Of a stretch of DNA of 64,000 nt, positions 25,539 to 35,837 are shown one piece after another. Numbering within the stretch: position 1 is the first letter of the stretch; each line of letters begins with the position of its first letter. The position numbers and the translations under genes are program-made. The stretch is from Balanoglossus misakiensis (taxonomy: Eukaryota; Animalia; Hemichordata): NCBI GenBank assembly GCA_040954595.2, contig CM082595.2, forward strand, positions 3,271,943-3,335,942, in the 5' to 3' direction. The notes beneath the pieces were generated by a model. It had not been told where the DNA came from. It saw nothing but the letters and a program-made list of their open reading frames with translations, and ran no database searches.

Positions 25539-28500
25539 TGACGTAGTTACTTGGACCACATGGTTTTAGTCCTTTAATAATTAACACCTAAATAACTTTT
25601 CAAAAAGGAAACCCACTTGGCTAAACAACATACCTCACTCCAGCTTCCAACCTCAAATCCATACACAGGGCAGGCTGATACAGTACAGAGTTCAACACTG
25701 GTTGGAAGTGTAAGACCTGCAGCGGCGCAGTTGTTATTGTCGACAGGGACAGCTGTACCCACAACGACACAAGAGACTGTTCTAATTCTGAACGATGTAC
25801 CACAACTTGCGGAACACTGATTGAGTAGAAAAAACATGACATTATAATATGAGAGATTTCACACAATTTCTTTCATATATTCAAACTGATTTCTAGGAAG
25901 CATTGTTTATATTTGCAATGTTCTGGCAAGAATTCCTTCAAGGAACAGTAACATTAACACAGTAATAGTTAAGGCAATAGTTCGTATGTGTGCATATTCC
26001 TAAGACAGTAATACAGAAGACAGAAGCTTTTCATTAAGACTACACAAGTGAATGCTTTCGAAGAAGAAGTTGAATTGTTGCACAATGAATAATAACGATA
26101 AATATGCAAAATAATTGCAAAACTTACTTCGCCCCATTCACCAATGGTATAGGCGTAGCAGTCGGGGACAACACAGGTTTCAACGGCTGTTGGAACAGTC
26201 AGACCAGCTGCAAGACACTGTGCCTGGTCAACTGCAGTATCGGTTCCAGCCAAAACACATGTCACAGTCCTCGTTCTAGTTGATGTACCGCATGTAGCAG
26301 AACACTGAAATGCAAATGAATGTTAACATTTAGTACTGAAAGATTGAAATATATTCACGCAAATGAGCCATTACGGATAATTTTAGAATATTCTTTGAGG
26401 TTACCAAGGTTAAAGAAACTTACCTCTCCATATGCACCAACGATAAATGCAACGCAGTCTGGAACAACACACTCTTCCTGAGCAACTGGTCTGACAAGGT
26501 TACGCTCAGTACAGAAGCTATCAGCAACAACAGTGTCAGTTGTCTGTTCGTGACATTCAACTGTCCTCACACGGACGGATGTTCCACATGTAGCAGAGCA
26601 CTGCAATGGAAGGAATAACCACGTATTGTTAAAGTCAACTAATACATGTGAAAGTTAAAAACATATATACACCAGATAAGCATACGTAAAGAGGTCTTTA
26701 TAGGTACTAAATTTAGTTGTTTCCGGAGCTTTTGCTATGCCACAGCTTTAGTCATGACCTGACCTTGGCACTAACAGGATGGTCAAGGAGAACGGCCTTA
26801 CCGAGCTCCATGAGCCTACTTCGAAGCCGTAAGCTGGACAAGCTGGCACAGTACACAGTTCAACGGACGATGGAGTTTCAAGACCACTTGCAACACAGAG
26901 GGTGTTGGACACGGTGCTTCCGCTGTTGATCTCTACACAGGTGACGGATCTTTGGCGGACTGAGGTTCCACATGTGGCCGTACACTAGTCAATTAACAAC
27001 ATCCAAAACATGTTTGTCAATAGATGATTTACATTGCGAGAAGACTTGGTTAAAAACCACAACTGCAATTGGTTTCTAACCAAGAAATGTAAGTCCAGCC
27101 TCGTATGTAACTAGAAAAGGTGTACTTTATTGTCTTGTGAATATTGTCAAGGCATTTGAGGTTTGACCTGGAGCATTTATCATGATCCTGATTGTAAATG
27201 TGAGCATAAGTTACCTGTGCCCACTCTCCTACGATGAAAGAATAGTCGACGCAGGATGGAACGCTGCATGTTTCCTGGGCGACTGGCCTGGTGAGGCCTC
27301 CAGATGTACAGAAGGCATCATTAACAACATCACCACTCGACTGCTCGATACATGCCACACTTCGAGTTCTGATAGAAGTGCCACACGTAGCAGAACACTG
27401 GAAGATAGGGGATGTCAAAAAAATTAGTCAATATGACACTAAATGTTGAAATGTACTTCGGTGTCTGAAAAGGTTGGCTTAAACATATATATATATCACA
27501 TGTTATGTCTTAATCAAATAGCAAGAAGGCAATAGTTTTTTCACTAGTACTAAACAACGAAGTTGGGCTTACCTGTCCCCAGGTACCAGTTGTGTAGACG
27601 TAAATGACACAGACTGGAACAGTACAGATCTCAATACTGGTTGGGGCGCTTAAACCAGCGTTAGTACACAAACTGTTGTCAGCAGGAGTTGTTGTGCCAA
27701 CGGAAACACAATAAACATCCCTTTGTCGGAATGCAGTACCGCATGTTGCGGAGCACTGAATATTTGGACGAAAAAAATAAATAAATCATAGGTTAGAATA
27801 AAAGACAGAGTAGTAGAACACTCTTTTTTATTACTTCTCCTCCTCGTGTATGCTAATAAACATAAAAATTACTTGACGCCATATGGTTTTTTGCCAAAAC
27901 ATTTTAGTTTATCTCAAGATGTATAGCTTTTTGTGTTAAAGGGTTATGTCAAAATGGCAGACGACATGCAAAGGTTCGTCGTCGAGTTGCCACCAAGTGT
28001 TGTGTTGTGCAGTGTGCAATGTATACCTACCGAGCCGTACTGGCCAACGTAATACTCCACACACTGTGGCACGGCACAGGTTTCTGATGCAGTGGGAACG
28101 GTCAAACCTTCGGCAACACAGAGGGCACTGTCGATGACTTCACCGTTGTTCTGGTTCACGCAGGACACTGTTCTTGTACGGATGGACGTTCCACACGTGG
28201 CAGAGCACTGTGAAGTAAAGCCATCGCCAAACACGTTCAGTTACATATAAAGCAACACAGATTAGGTGTTGAGGTAGGCGCAGTTTATCTCCTGCAGAAA
28301 TTCTACCGGAGTTTTGTGGTCACAGCATGTACAGGTAGTCTGGGCAGGACCCACCTCTAGCTATGGGAGGGTCATGAGTTTGGCAAATTTCACACGTTGT
28401 AAATTTTTGACATAAATAAGATCAAACTTGATGACGACAACAGTTCGGTCATCAGAACAGCAAATGTTTCTGGCCTTACCGATCCCCATTCTCCGACAGT

Positions 28501-31500
28501 GAAGGCATAGTTGTTGCATGTTGGGACGGCGCAGATCTCAAAGGTGGTTGGGATTGTAAGTCCATTCGATGTGCACAGGTTATTGGAGACGATCTCCCCG
28601 GAGTTGGTTACACAAGTCACGCTGCGGAATCTGTACGATGTACCACATGTTGCAGAGCACTGTGATAAAAAAGATGCTGCATTTAGGAACTTGCATCACA
28701 GACTCACACAAGTCTTAAGGCAAATTACAGTTGTCCGTATATAAGAAGTGTGTGAGAATTGTCACTGATAGCATTCCTCCCACAGAGACAGACTATGTCT
28801 GTCTGATAGTCTGTCTGTCTTTCTCTCTGTCTCTCTCCAACAGAGACTGACTCCTGCGATCACTCTCTCTCCTACAGAGACCCTCTCTCAGCAAGAATTT
28901 AACAGAAAACACCAGTGTGGCTACAAGTCTACTGTATGATGTCTGGCCTGTACAAAACTCACCTCGCCCCACTCGCCAACTGTGACGGTGTACACAACAC
29001 AAGATGGCACCTCACACAATTGAGTTGAGACTGGTGTAGTCACACCAGCTGCGTTGCACAGTGAATTATCGACAATAGTCGTCCCATCCTGGTAGCAGGT
29101 CACTGTTCGAGAACGGGCAGAAGTCCCACAAGTTGCAGAGCACTATAAGATACAAACAATCCTAAAGTTAGCTTTGAAAAGTTACAATTGCGAAGCCAAT
29201 CCTTCTGCAATGGGATGGTGTTGCCCAAAATGAGACATGTATATTTGTAGAATATTTACTTGGCTAAAAACCGGAACATCTACAACAGAATCTTTTAAAA
29301 GTGCCTCGCGATACCCTTGTAACTCATATTTGATGAATGTTGAATTCCAATTTCAGTCATCTCCGCGCAAGAACTGACACTTCATTATGATATATTAACA
29401 AACGCAATACCTTTAACATGTTTCCTCTGGGTAACTCTTTTATTTTTCTTTGAATCTTTTTTAAAATCCTCATAGGATATCAAATGTTTAACGCTTTTTT
29501 TTAATTTCAGCCACAAACAAACGATCAACAAAACACAAACAGCAACAGTAGAGTTGAATTTTTATACCTGTCCCCAACTGCTAACTACAAAAAAATAGTT
29601 GACGCAGCTAGGTACACTGCAGATCTCCGCACTAACTGGCACTGAGAGACCAACATTTTGACAAAGTGAGTTGTCTACTACGGCATTGGTGTTTGACCTG
29701 CAGGAAACACTCCTGCTTCTAAATGAGTTTCCACAGGTTGCCGAACACTAATGCATGGAATGTGGGATGAGAAAATGTATGAAATCGTAAATAAATGTGT
29801 GAAGTAATGATTCTAATGATAAATGAAAATAATGCTATTTATTTCAGCAACTGATACGCTATCAGAAGTTCCTTGCTCGTTCGCAATAACAGCAAGACGA
29901 TCGCGATTGTAAGCTGTAGGCTAAAACATACTTCCTTGATATTTTGTCTTTGAACGAAAATCACAAACCTCCATGAACTTGTAATAAGTAACCCCTTATA
30001 TTTATACAAAATGTAATGCTATTGGTCCCTGTAAATTATACCTAGAAATTCTATAACGAGGTTTAAAAAGAAGATAGCTCACCTGGCCCCATTCGCCAAC
30101 AACAAACGCATAATTAACACAAGCAGGCACACTGCACAGTTCAGTGGCCACTGGAGTAGTCAGACCTACGGCGTTACACAAGGAATTATCAACGATGGTC
30201 GCTCCGTCCTGGTAACATGTCACAGTTCGGGTACGAGCAGATGTTCCGCAAGTTGCTGAACACTATAAAAGAAATTTATAGAATTAGCCATGTAAATAAA
30301 AGCGTTTTATTTTTAATTATGGCAATGTAAAACTCTAGCTTCTGTTGGTTCTTGTGGTTGAAACGAAATGAAACATAAGATGTGCGTAATGAAATGCACA
30401 GATTGTTTTGTGACTGTCATGATTTGTTCTAAGAGATGTCACAACTCATGAAGTTTAATCATTGAAGACATGCATCCCAATTTTCTTTGAATTAGTAATT
30501 TTGAAATGCAGTACACCACTTACTAACTACATGTACATAGTTTCTTAAAACTCATATAGTTAAATAGTTCGGTTGTGTTGACCCTTACGCAGAGAGTCGA
30601 TAAGTATAGTCAGAGCAAAGTCACCACATTGTCAAACTATCGTGGTATTTGTGATCAGTTTCTGTAACGCGAAAGGCTATCGATGTACTTCTGTTAACTA
30701 AAACATGATGGAACTTCGGCCAATAGAGTTCTAATCCCGCCTGCATTGAGGCCAAATATGGCAATGTTTTAGATGGTACATCAGCCAATGGAGTTTAATC
30801 CCACCTGCATTGAGGCCAAATATGGCAATGTTTTAGATGGTACAATTTAGGCTGTGGCCTTATTTATCAGTGTGGTCACCTGATTGCTATAATCATGCAA
30901 GGTGATGGATGTGGTATATCTCTAGTAATCGAGGGTTCAACATGTTTTAGAAGACATCATAACGCGAATAACTTCTTATGTGAATCGAAACTGCGAGATA
31001 GAACGTCTGTGGCATTAAAATTGGTCCTTTATCGGATGTCTCTGTTAAGTTCTGTAGCATTTCCCGTTGAAGTCCGTTTGCTTATATTAGACGTTGATAA
31101 ACAAACAAACTACTACACATCTTCCTTCTGAATGTGTTACTAACAATATGTGTATCAGCAATTTCGTTCATCGTTACATGTTTTGTGAGGAAACTCGTGT
31201 ATTTCTGAATGGTTGGCAAAGTGAGTAACAGTTCCACAAAGTGCAGACTAGTGCTTAACACGCCAAAACAGCAACAGTAGAGTTGAATTTTTATACCTGT
31301 CCCCAACTTCCTACTACAAAAAAATAGTTGACGCAGCTAGGTACACTGCAGATCTCCGCACTAACTGGCACTGAGAGACCAACATTTTGACAAAGTGAGT
31401 TGTCTACTACGGCATTGGTGTTAGACCTGCAGGAAACTGTCCTGCTTCTAAATGAGTTTCCACAGGTTGCCGAACACTAATGCATGGAATGTGGGATGAG

Positions 31501-34500
31501 AAAATGTATGAAATCGTAAATAAATGTGTGAAGTAATGATTCTAATGATAAATGAAAATAATGCTATTTATTTCAGCAACTGATACGCTATCAGAAGTTC
31601 CTTGCTCGTTCGCAATACGATCGCGATTGTGTATCTAGTTTATGTTTCAAGCGTCTTTACTTCTGTAAAACATAGTTCCTTGACATTTTGTCTTTGTACG
31701 AAAATCACAAACCCCCATGAACTTGTAATACGTAACCAAATTTATTAATAATGTTATTGGTCCCAGAAATCTATACCTAGAATAGTAGAAATTCTATAAC
31801 GAGGTTTAAAAAGAAGATATCTCACCTGGCCCCATTCGCCAACAACAAATGCATAATTAACACAAGCAGGAACACTGCACAGTTCAGTGGCCACTGGAGT
31901 AGTCAGACCTACTGCGTTACACAAGGAACTATCAACGATGGTCGCTCCGTCCTGGTAACATGTCACAGTTCGGGTACGAGCAGATGTTCCGCAAGTTGCT
32001 GAACACTATAAAAGAAATTATAAAATTAGCCATGTGAATTCAAACGTTTTCTAGTTGTGACAGTGTCTAGAGCTTTCGCTGGTTGTGGTACTGAAATACT
32101 ATTGGTCCCAGAACATTATACCTAGAAATTATGAAAAACATGTTTTAAAAAAAGGATAGCTCACCTGGCCCCATTCGCCAACAACAAACGCATAATTAAC
32201 ACAAGCAGGAACACTACACAGTTCAGTGGCTGCTGGAGTAGTCAGACCTACGGCGTTACACAAGGAATTATCAACGATGGTCGCTCCGTCCTGGTAACAT
32301 GTCACAGTTCGGGTACGAGCAGATGTTCCGCAAGTAGCTGAACACTAAAAAAGATAATTCTTAAATTAGCCAAGAGAATCAAAATGTGTTGTTAAGTAAT
32401 AGTGAATGTAAAAGTAGAGTTTCTCTCTGTCTCTGTCTAGCCTCCCTCCGCCCTCCCCCTTCTTTGAGACTATTGTCACACCACTGTATTGACGATCTCA
32501 ATACTCAGGGCAGTCCCTGTTCCTAAGTAATGCACTGGTTCACTTACTGCGCTCCAGGCTCCAACGACAAACGCGTAGCTGGTGCAGGCGGGAACAGAGC
32601 ACACTTCTGTGGCTGCTGGTCTACTGAGTCCTCCATTGGTACACAAAGCGTCGTCAACAATAGTTGTACCGTCCAGGTAGCATGTCACAGTTCTGCTGCG
32701 GAAGGAATCCCCACAGGTGGCTGAACACTACATAGAATGCAAAAAAAGAGAAGTCTTAAACTTGCTATTATATTTTCTCAGGGCAAGTTTAGATTAGTCT
32801 CTCTTGAAATTAGGGATAAAAATCAGGGGTCAACGCAATGGCAGAGCAAAATTGTTTCAATTGTCTCAAATTTGAAATTCAAAATGGCCGCCAATCTCTA
32901 TGTTAAATTTATGGTAAAAACAAGACGATGAACAACCACGTTTCTTCAACTCAATCAAACGAAGCATGTTATGCCTAAACTTGCAACTTACGCTTCCCCA
33001 CGCTCCAACAACAAACGCGTAATTGCTCTCGCACGAGTTTGTGTTACAGCTTTCAGACGTAGCGGGCGCTTCTCCAAGACCGGCGTTTATGCAGAGGTCA
33101 GAGCTGACTTGTTGTGAAGCAGCGGCGTCGTAGCACACCACCAGTCGGGTTCTCACTCCTGTGCCGCAGGTAACGGAACACTGGGAAGAAAAAAAATGAT
33201 TTCTTCTAAATGAGCTATGATCAAATGAAGACAGAATAAGTAAAATGAAGTCTGGGATCAGAAAAGGGTGGTCAAACCTGTGTTAGTGGTCACCTCTGTA
33301 TAGTGGTCACCTCTATATAATGGCCACTTTGTTAAAGTCCTTGGGCAATTTACATGTGCATTATTGGGCTTGTATATGAAAAAAATTATATCATCGCAGA
33401 AGGTATACATACCACTCCCCAGCTGCTAACGTAGTATGAGTATGCTTGTTCGCACTGTGGTACTGTACATGTCTCGTAGTCTAGTGGTTTGGTGAGACCA
33501 GCATTCTGACAGTTGACGTCGTCGACGATTGAATTGGCGCCCTGTTCCACACAGCTGACTGATCTTGTTCTATAAGAGTTTCCGCAAGTTGCACTGCACT
33601 GTAATTATGAAAAAGAGGAGATTTTCTTCAGCCGAGAATGTGGCAGCATTTACTTGTAGACTACTCAGTGCCACCGATCTAACAGAATGATAACACAGTT
33701 GCAGTTAACATCACAATAGATCATCTTTTCATCTTTTCAGTTATCATGGAAATATTATTATGACAGCGCGTGGCCAATTTTGGAAATGGTCCACGCGGTT
33801 GGTGTTTGTTGTTAGTTTTGCACAGCCAAGCGCATATCACATGACCAGTACGTGCATTGCTAAAGGCTGATATACCACTTGTGTTTATGGGTGCGTGCGT
33901 AAGAAATACGTCAGCGACTTACCGCGCCCCACTCTCCCACGGAATACACGTAGGTGTCTACCACTGGACAGGAAGGGAGGTTGGTGCAGGCTCGGCTGCT
34001 GATGGGCTGGCGCCACACACCGCATAGACCATTCTCGACGAACTCGCTGTTGTCTGAGCGCTGGCAGGAGACGGTACGAGTTTGGACACCTTGGCCGCAC
34101 GTGACTAGACACTGGAAAGGCAGAGGTAATATAGAAGGCACGGGTCAGGCGCTGGTGGAAAGTGCATAGAAATGATCAAGAAATGAAAAAAAATAGAATC
34201 GAATATTAGTGGTGGCAAATTAAGGGTTAACTCACTGCTCCCCATTCACTTGTTTCCCAGTGCACTGGAATCACTCCGCCATAGTTCAGGAACGCGAACT
34301 GGGGCCAAACGGTGGCGAAGTTGGTCATACGGGTGTTGAGTGTCAAGTAACAATCCCCGCTGGATATCATGCCGTTGCCGCTCAGAGGAAGACCCTTGAA
34401 GCAACCGATCACGTAGGGGAAGTCAGGAGTGATGTGGTATTGGTACACGCCCTGGCCGTTCAGTCGGCCATTACACTCGTCCAAATCCGCGGTGGTGAGG

Positions 34501-35282
34501 GTGTTGCCATTTTCGTCGTTTGGTCCGTAGATGAGAAAACCGTCCATGGCAATACCTGGAAGGAAATAAACAATCATTAAAATCCGCGATGTTATTCAAA
34601 GCACGTTCGCTGTGTTAAAAGCAACCAGAACTGGTAGTTCACGCGAGATCTCGCAGGGTCTCGTGAAGTTCAGAAAAGGGTCCATTGCCATCCCCCCTCC
34701 GACAATCCACACGTTTGTTTGTTGTGAGTATAGGCTTTACTTACCGACGACTGGTGAAGGCTGTCCAGGGGTAGTAGCGGTCCCTTCGATACAGACAGGT
34801 GTGGTTCTGTAATGGTAACGGCCGGCGGCATCGGGACGTCCGACACAGGAATCAACGGGCTCGGCGTGGATCCCTTCAACGGCGTTTTCTCCCACGTCGT
34901 TGAGGGCGTTGTAGAAGGGAACACCGTTGACGGCGTAACCAATTGGCCCCTCCGGCAGACAAGACAGTGTCTCGGCCACGGTGGGATTCCGCGGTACGTA
35001 AGCGGTGTAGACCTGGGCGGACATGGAGTACAGGTAGTCCGGTGGGTCTGGGAAGGTGCCCGTGGCATGATCGGGCACGCCGTTGCTGCGCAGGGCGTAG
35101 ACCTCGACGCCGTTGTACGTTTCCGCCCCGACGGTGACGAAGCCAATCTCGCCGGTGTTCCCTTCCACGGTGCCGGCCGTCCTGAAAGCGCTGATCTGAT
35201 CTTCGGTCAGACCACGAACGTTGGCCGCCATCGCCAACACCGAGAGGGCGCAAAGCAGCCCTTTGTTGATCCCAGACTTCAT
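12488..35282 (-). CDS. Giant secreted protein: signal peptide + YHYH-like domain + ~54 TSP1 (ADAMTS-type) repeats + CUB; ~58 coding exons, ~3,600 aa by hand count
   Basis: ATG 35282 MKSGINKGLLCALSVLAMAANVRG (signal peptide). Exons 35282-34745 and 34555-34236 carry the YHYH-like domain. TSP1 exons run from 34111 to 13305, nearly all starting (C/T)AG|TGY (CSATCG) and ending W/Y-x-x|GT or GC. CUB exons are 13112-12928 and 12649-12488, with stop TAA at 12490-12488 and AATAAA (minus) at 12453-12448. Frame was continuous at the junctions I checked. Confidence 0.8.
14904..26600 (-). repeat. Intragenic tandem array: 12 copies of a ~0.94-1.1 kb three-exon (A-B-C) TSP1 cassette including introns
   Basis: Exon A (VRVRTVECHEQTTDTVVADSFCTERNLVRPVAQEEC, 177 nt) starts at 26600, 25481, 24541, 23599, 22656, 21619, 20583, 19642, 18543, 17604, 16664 and 15724. 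Each is followed by B (TRTRTVTCVLAGTDTAVDQAQC, 177 nt) and C (FRxRTVSCVVVGTNVPVD, 183 nt). Exact 940-bp period from 15724 to 17604, with near-identical introns. Confidence 0.93.
29527..32372 (-). repeat. Older two-exon TSP1 duplication (29.5-30.3 kb vs 31.3-32.0 kb) plus a third copy of one exon
   Basis: Exon CSATCGNSFRSRTVSCRSNTNAVVDNSLC occurs at 29747-29568 and 31476-31297 with a shared flanking intron. Exon CSATCGTSARTRTVTCYQDGATIVD occurs at 30262-30083, 32005-31826 and 32344-32165. Confidence 0.85.
30719..30844. repeat. Two-copy ~65-bp direct tandem repeat in an intron
   Basis: GCCAAT...TAATCCC(G/A)CCTGCATTGAGGCCAAATATGGCAATGTTTTAGATGGTACA present twice in tandem. Confidence 0.85.
32845..32950. 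repeat. Copy of a dispersed repeat family (other copies near 7830-7965, 12070-12165, 46826-46862, 54045-54180)
   Basis: Shared core TTCAAAATGGCCGCCAATCTCT(A/G)YGTTAA and/or AAAACAAGAYGRTGAA at several loci. Confidence 0.7.
34236..35282 (-). other. YHYH-like domain exons (N-terminal head of the giant protein)
   Basis: SNGVPDH, GPIGYAVNGVPFYN, DSCVGRPDAAGRYHYR, SPVVGIAMDGFLIYGP, DLDECNGR, YQYHITPDFPYVIGCFKG. This is the motif series of the Pfam YHYH family as I recall it; no HMM was run. Confidence 0.8.
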
Positions 35283-35710
35283 TTTAATACCCACTGGTCC
35301 TAGGAATTACAGAGAAGCGTGTTTATTTTGCGAAACCAAACTGGTCACTGGACTGATAAAACACATGGAGTGTACATATTCCAAGTACATGTACTCATAA
35401 AATCAAACATTGAGTAATGCAAAAGTATAGTATACTTTAAGTGTGGCCGGTAAGTTTTTTATCTGTCCGAATATAAAATCAGAGGGTTGTACGCAAGATT
35501 CCCTGAACATGAGATGGCTGTATCCCGTATTGTAACACACCATGCAGCGAACCCTCGATCGTGATTCGTCAATACGCCGTCACGTGACCTTAGTCATGTC
35601 GAACTGTTCCCTAAGGCATCATTTCGATCGGTTTCTGCCCTGTACTGTTGCCCCGTCTTGATATAATTCCGTGTTTGGTGTGTTACAAAAAAATGACGAC
35701 TAACATATTC

Positions 35711-35837
35711 GGGCAACAGTGTATTTTTGATGACCTCGGGACTGCCAGTCACACCAAAACCGTCTGTTTTCCCGAGGGCTAGGACTGTTTTAGTTGTGAC
35801 TAGCAGCGGCCTCGGTCATCAAAATACACTGTTGCCC
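35711..35837. repeat. Imperfect palindrome / hairpin-forming element
   Basis: GGGCAACAGTGTATTTTTGATGACC...CAGTCACACCAAAAC is mirrored by GTTTTAGTTGTGACT...GGTCATCAAAATACACTGTTGCCC. Confidence 0.75.

Noticed and set aside
14904-26600. CRISPR-like or satellite interpretation of the ~1 kb periodic repeat
   Set aside because: The units are in-frame exons with splice sites plus duplicated introns. There are no short repeats with unique spacers and no cas genes.
14904-34111. Dscam-style mutually exclusive exon clusters
   Set aside because: Exons alternate A-B-C, introns are long enough for sequential splicing, and I saw no docking/selector complementarity. Serial inclusion is the simpler reading.
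12488-35282. Calling the gene an ADAMTS protease, papilin or SCO-spondin
   Set aside because: No HExxHxxGxxH, prodomain, spacer, Kunitz, Ig, vWD or LDLa domains were seen.
34260-35303. Long plus-strand and alternate-frame ORFs over the YHYH exons
   Set aside because: Shadow ORFs expected from GC-rich coding sequence; only the minus-strand frame has a signal peptide and family motifs.
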